A DNA stretch of 64,000 nucleotides from Verrucomicrobiia bacterium (GTDB taxonomy: Bacteria; Verrucomicrobiota; Verrucomicrobiia; Limisphaerales; UBA11358): assembly GCA_049692125.1 (NCBI GenBank), contig JBAVOO010000057.1, positions 2,421-66,420 of the forward strand, in the 5' to 3' direction. The notes beneath the pieces were generated by a model. The model did no database searches. It was not told where the DNA came from and saw only the letters and a program-made list of their open reading frames with translations. Of this stretch, positions 61,167-64,000 are shown piece after piece. How positions within the stretch are numbered: the first letter of the stretch is position 1; the number at the start of each line of letters is the position of its first letter. The translations under genes were made by a program, and so were the position numbers.

Positions 61167-62519
61167 TCAAAAGAGCCGGGGCGAAAACCTGTAATCCTTT
61201 GCCAGAAGTTCGCGAACGATTTCCACTGACAATTCTTCCGCAAGCTTTCCATCATCCACGTCCCGGGCGATATCCTTTAGCGGCACAAAAGTGCCGCTTA
61301 AAGCCGTGCCCCGTCCGTCGAAAAATTCCTCACCGCTCAAAGCGATGGCAGCGTCGTCGGTTTTTGCCTTCCACTCATAAACGATGGCGACGCGCTTTTG
61401 AGTTCCTTCGCCGCCGCGTCCGGAATAAACAGCTCCCCGCAGTTTTAGTTCGTGAGGCTCAAGGCCAAGCCGCAATCCCTCTTGAATCTCTCTCCTGGCG
61501 CATTGTAAAATTGAGTCTCCGCCGGCTTCGTCTTCCTTTCGCACGGGTCCGCCGGTCCAGATAACCATCTTCTCGTTCAGCGGGTTTTGGCCGGTCCGTT
61601 CTTTCCGGCGGAGGCGCAACACCCGGCCACTTTTACTGCGGACGACAACCACGGGGAGTGCCTGAACCCGGGTTTTATCCGCCTCCACCTCTTCCCTGGG
61701 CTTGAAATTGCCTGATTTGACAAACAACCCAACCAGGGCGGCGGCTTCCGAAGAATTCAAACACCTCCTGCCGGCAAACGTCCGGATGACGTCCTCTTCC
61801 GGCAATGTGAGAACATCCTCGCAAAGGTGTTCCTCGATGACATTCAGCGCCAGATTCGCCACTGCTTCAGCAATCTGTTTGGCCCCGCCCTTTCGTTCGG
61901 CTGAGGTGTCAATTTCGAAAATCCGGAATTCCTGCTTCAAACTTTGGGATGTCTTTCGGGTCGTGTTTAACATCCGGGCCAGAACCTTTTTATTCATAAT
62001 CGGGCCTTCCTGGCGCTCGACCGGCAAAAGTCCCTTTTCCCGCTGCATCGCATCTTCGGGTGACGCCATCATTACGAAGACCGCCGAAATACGCCTGCGC
62101 CAATCCGCCATCCTCAGAAAACTCTCGATCACCTGGCGTTCCTCCGGACGAATCCGCTCCAGACGCTCCATCAGTCTGAGCCAGCAAAGAGCATCAAACA
62201 GGCCCTGATCCAAAATCAATATGTCCGGGTCGTCGAATCCGGGCGGGTTTTGTGTTTTTTCCAGAATTTGCGCCAGCGTCGTGCAAGCCGTCCAAACATT
62301 GAAATTTGAGCGCGTCTGTTCCCGGAACGGGCATGGGGAAGTTCGTTCATTGACGATTTCGACCCGGAATCCGCACCGCCTCAAGAAAGCTTGAAGCGCG
62401 TTCGACGCCGATGTTTTGCCGGCTTTGGGAAGTCCGGCAAATTCAAATATAACCGGTTTGCGAGCGCCATGGAAGCGTTCGGCGACGTTTTCTGCACGAA
62501 TTTGCAATTCTGTTTTCAT
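61167..62519 (-). CDS. P-loop kinase-like domain fused to Nudix-like hydrolase domain
   Basis: Walker A FAGLPKAGKTS and ILILDQG (Walker-B-like) in the N-terminal about 230 aa. The C-terminal part has GGPVRKEDEAGGDSILQCARREIQEGLRL, which resembles a (spaced) Nudix box. Confidence 0.6.
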   Translation of the reverse strand: MKTELQIRAENVAERFHGARKPVIFEFAGLPKAGKTSASNALQAFLRRCGFRVEIVNERTSPCPFREQTRSNFNVWTACTTLAQILEKTQNPPGFDDPDILILDQGLFDALCWLRLMERLERIRPEERQVIESFLRMADWRRRISAVFVMMASPEDAMQREKGLLPVERQEGPIMNKKVLARMLNTTRKTSQSLKQEFRIFEIDTSAERKGGAKQIAEAVANLALNVIEEHLCEDVLTLPEEDVIRTFAGRRCLNSSEAAALVGLFVKSGNFKPREEVEADKTRVQALPVVVVRSKSGRVLRLRRKERTGQNPLNEKMVIWTGGPVRKEDEAGGDSILQCARREIQEGLRLGLEPHELKLRGAVYSGRGGEGTQKRVAIVYEWKAKTDDAAIALSGEEFFDGRGTALSGTFVPLKDIARDVDDGKLAEELSVEIVRELLAKDYRFSPRLF

Positions 62520-62898
62520 TCGGGAAAATCCTTGTGCTCTTCAGCCTGACGATTTTGGTCGCGGATGTCAATGGACAGATAAAATCCCAAGCAATATCCC
62601 GACCGGTTGTTGCGGCTGACGTTCGGGCCAGCCGGAAAGCTGCTGGAGTTTAAAAAGATCGGTTGAAGTTGACGGGGCCGCGTAAAGCTTCCACCGTCGT
62701 TCCGCAAAGCGGGACTATGGTGGACAGGTCGCCACGCGGCGAGCCGGCGCGACGAAGGGTTTAATGTTTCGGACGCCCCGGCGGTGCGTCCCTGCCCAAA
62801 ATAATTCGTGTCAATTCGCGCAATTCGCGTAAAAAAACGTTTGAGTTCACACCGGCTTTCTGCTTTAGCCCGGCGCGCACCGGCATTAACTTCGCGCC

Positions 62899-63190
62899 AT
62901 GGTTCAACCCTGGCACCTGCCGCTGCTTTTCAGGACGGGTCTCGTGGCCGGATTTGTGGATTCGGTCGCCGGCGGCGGCGGCTTGATCAACCTGCCGGTG
63001 CTGATGAATCTGGGGATTGACCCCAAGCTCGCCCTCGGCACGAACAAACTCCAGGCCACGTTCGGCTCCGGCAGCGCCTCGTGGCATTACGCCCGCGCCG
63101 GAACGGTGTCGCCGTCAGATTGCAAATTCGGATTTGCCGTCACCTTCCTTGGCGCGGCGCTGGGCACGTGGCTCGTGCAGCAGTGGCGCA
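62899..63190 (+). pseudogene. TauE/SafE (TSUP) family permease, N-terminal fragment only
   Basis: GFVDSVAGGGGLINLPVLMNLGIDPKLALGTNKLQATFGSGSA is the typical TSUP N-terminus. Homology and hydrophobicity are lost after about 95 aa, whereas the family is about 250 aa. Confidence 0.55.
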
Positions 63191-63479
63191 GTTCGGTCGC
63201 GTGTGCCGTCAATACGCCGGCAACCGCGCCCAAAATGACAAGCCCCGGCCGGGTAGGTTGCTCCGCCGACCGGGACTGGAATAATGAAGCAGCGTGCAGG
63301 TTACTGGCAGACTAACTGAAGATCAATATGCCCGGCGGTGATGCCGCCGCGTGCGCTTCGCCAAATACCGCGAAGCAAATCCAATGGGTCAAAGTTCAAC
63401 CGCGTCACCTGCGCCTGCGCGTGTTCATTGCTCGTTCGCCCGGCGACAAGTTTTGCACTCGGCGACATGGTTCTCGCAT

Positions 63480-63824
<345 letters not shown>

Positions 63825-64000
63825 TCAACTGCACCTGCGTTTGGCTGAACCACACCCGTTTAGCAACGGCGATGCCAGCCGGGGCAACCATCAGGCAAAT
63901 ATCTGCAAAGTGCCCAATTTATAAAGGTTTTTGGGGGTGTTAATAATTTGGTGTCGTTCAAAAACCCCCGCCATCTCTGTGTCCTTTTGCCCAGCCGATA

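Noticed and set aside
62516-62707. 63-aa ORF overlapping the start of the kinase-Nudix gene by 4 nt (possible small partner or antitoxin).
   Set aside because: The sequence (MRNDGGSFTRPRQLQPIFLNSSS...) has no recognisable fold or motif, and the composition looks non-coding. Kept only as a note, because the ATGA overlap could be fortuitous.

Overview
High-GC (by eye above 60%) bacterial chromosomal window. I infer Verrucomicrobiota/Planctomycetota-like from the prepilin-type DUF1559-like protein, several pseudopilins and abundant short palindromic (REP-like) repeats. Most genes are housekeeping: yajQ, infA, thiS/thiH/thiL, alr, leuC-like, cinA, argH, lysA, amt-glnK, tsaE/tsaB. There is also a cell-envelope glycosylation cluster (1-5.9 kb), two tandem large membrane-protein paralogs, a pseudopilin/RCC1 operon, and a secreted-nuclease/surface-protein locus. 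Visibly AT-richer accessory islets interrupt this backbone at 6.65-7.6 kb, 10.8-11.26 kb, 19.8-22.7 kb, 29.95-32.65 kb and about 61.2-62.5 kb.

The observations I rate highest:
- argH is split. Its last 79 codons lie inverted about 300 bp downstream, and both junctions carry a 12-bp inverted repeat.
- The 5' end of a squalene-synthase-like gene occurs three times as about 95-bp direct repeats that bracket small toxin-antitoxin-like cassettes.
- An in-frame TGA replaces a conserved Trp in one of the two tandem membrane paralogs.
- Hairpin repeats are inserted in frame inside at least four conserved genes.
- Two unusual single-gene candidates: a Zn-ribbon/nucleoside-deoxyribosyltransferase-like protein and a P-loop kinase-Nudix fusion.
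- A REC-Fic islet has a TATCAA-box array upstream of fic.

I found no rRNA, tRNA or CRISPR array. All family assignments come from motif recall, not from database searches.
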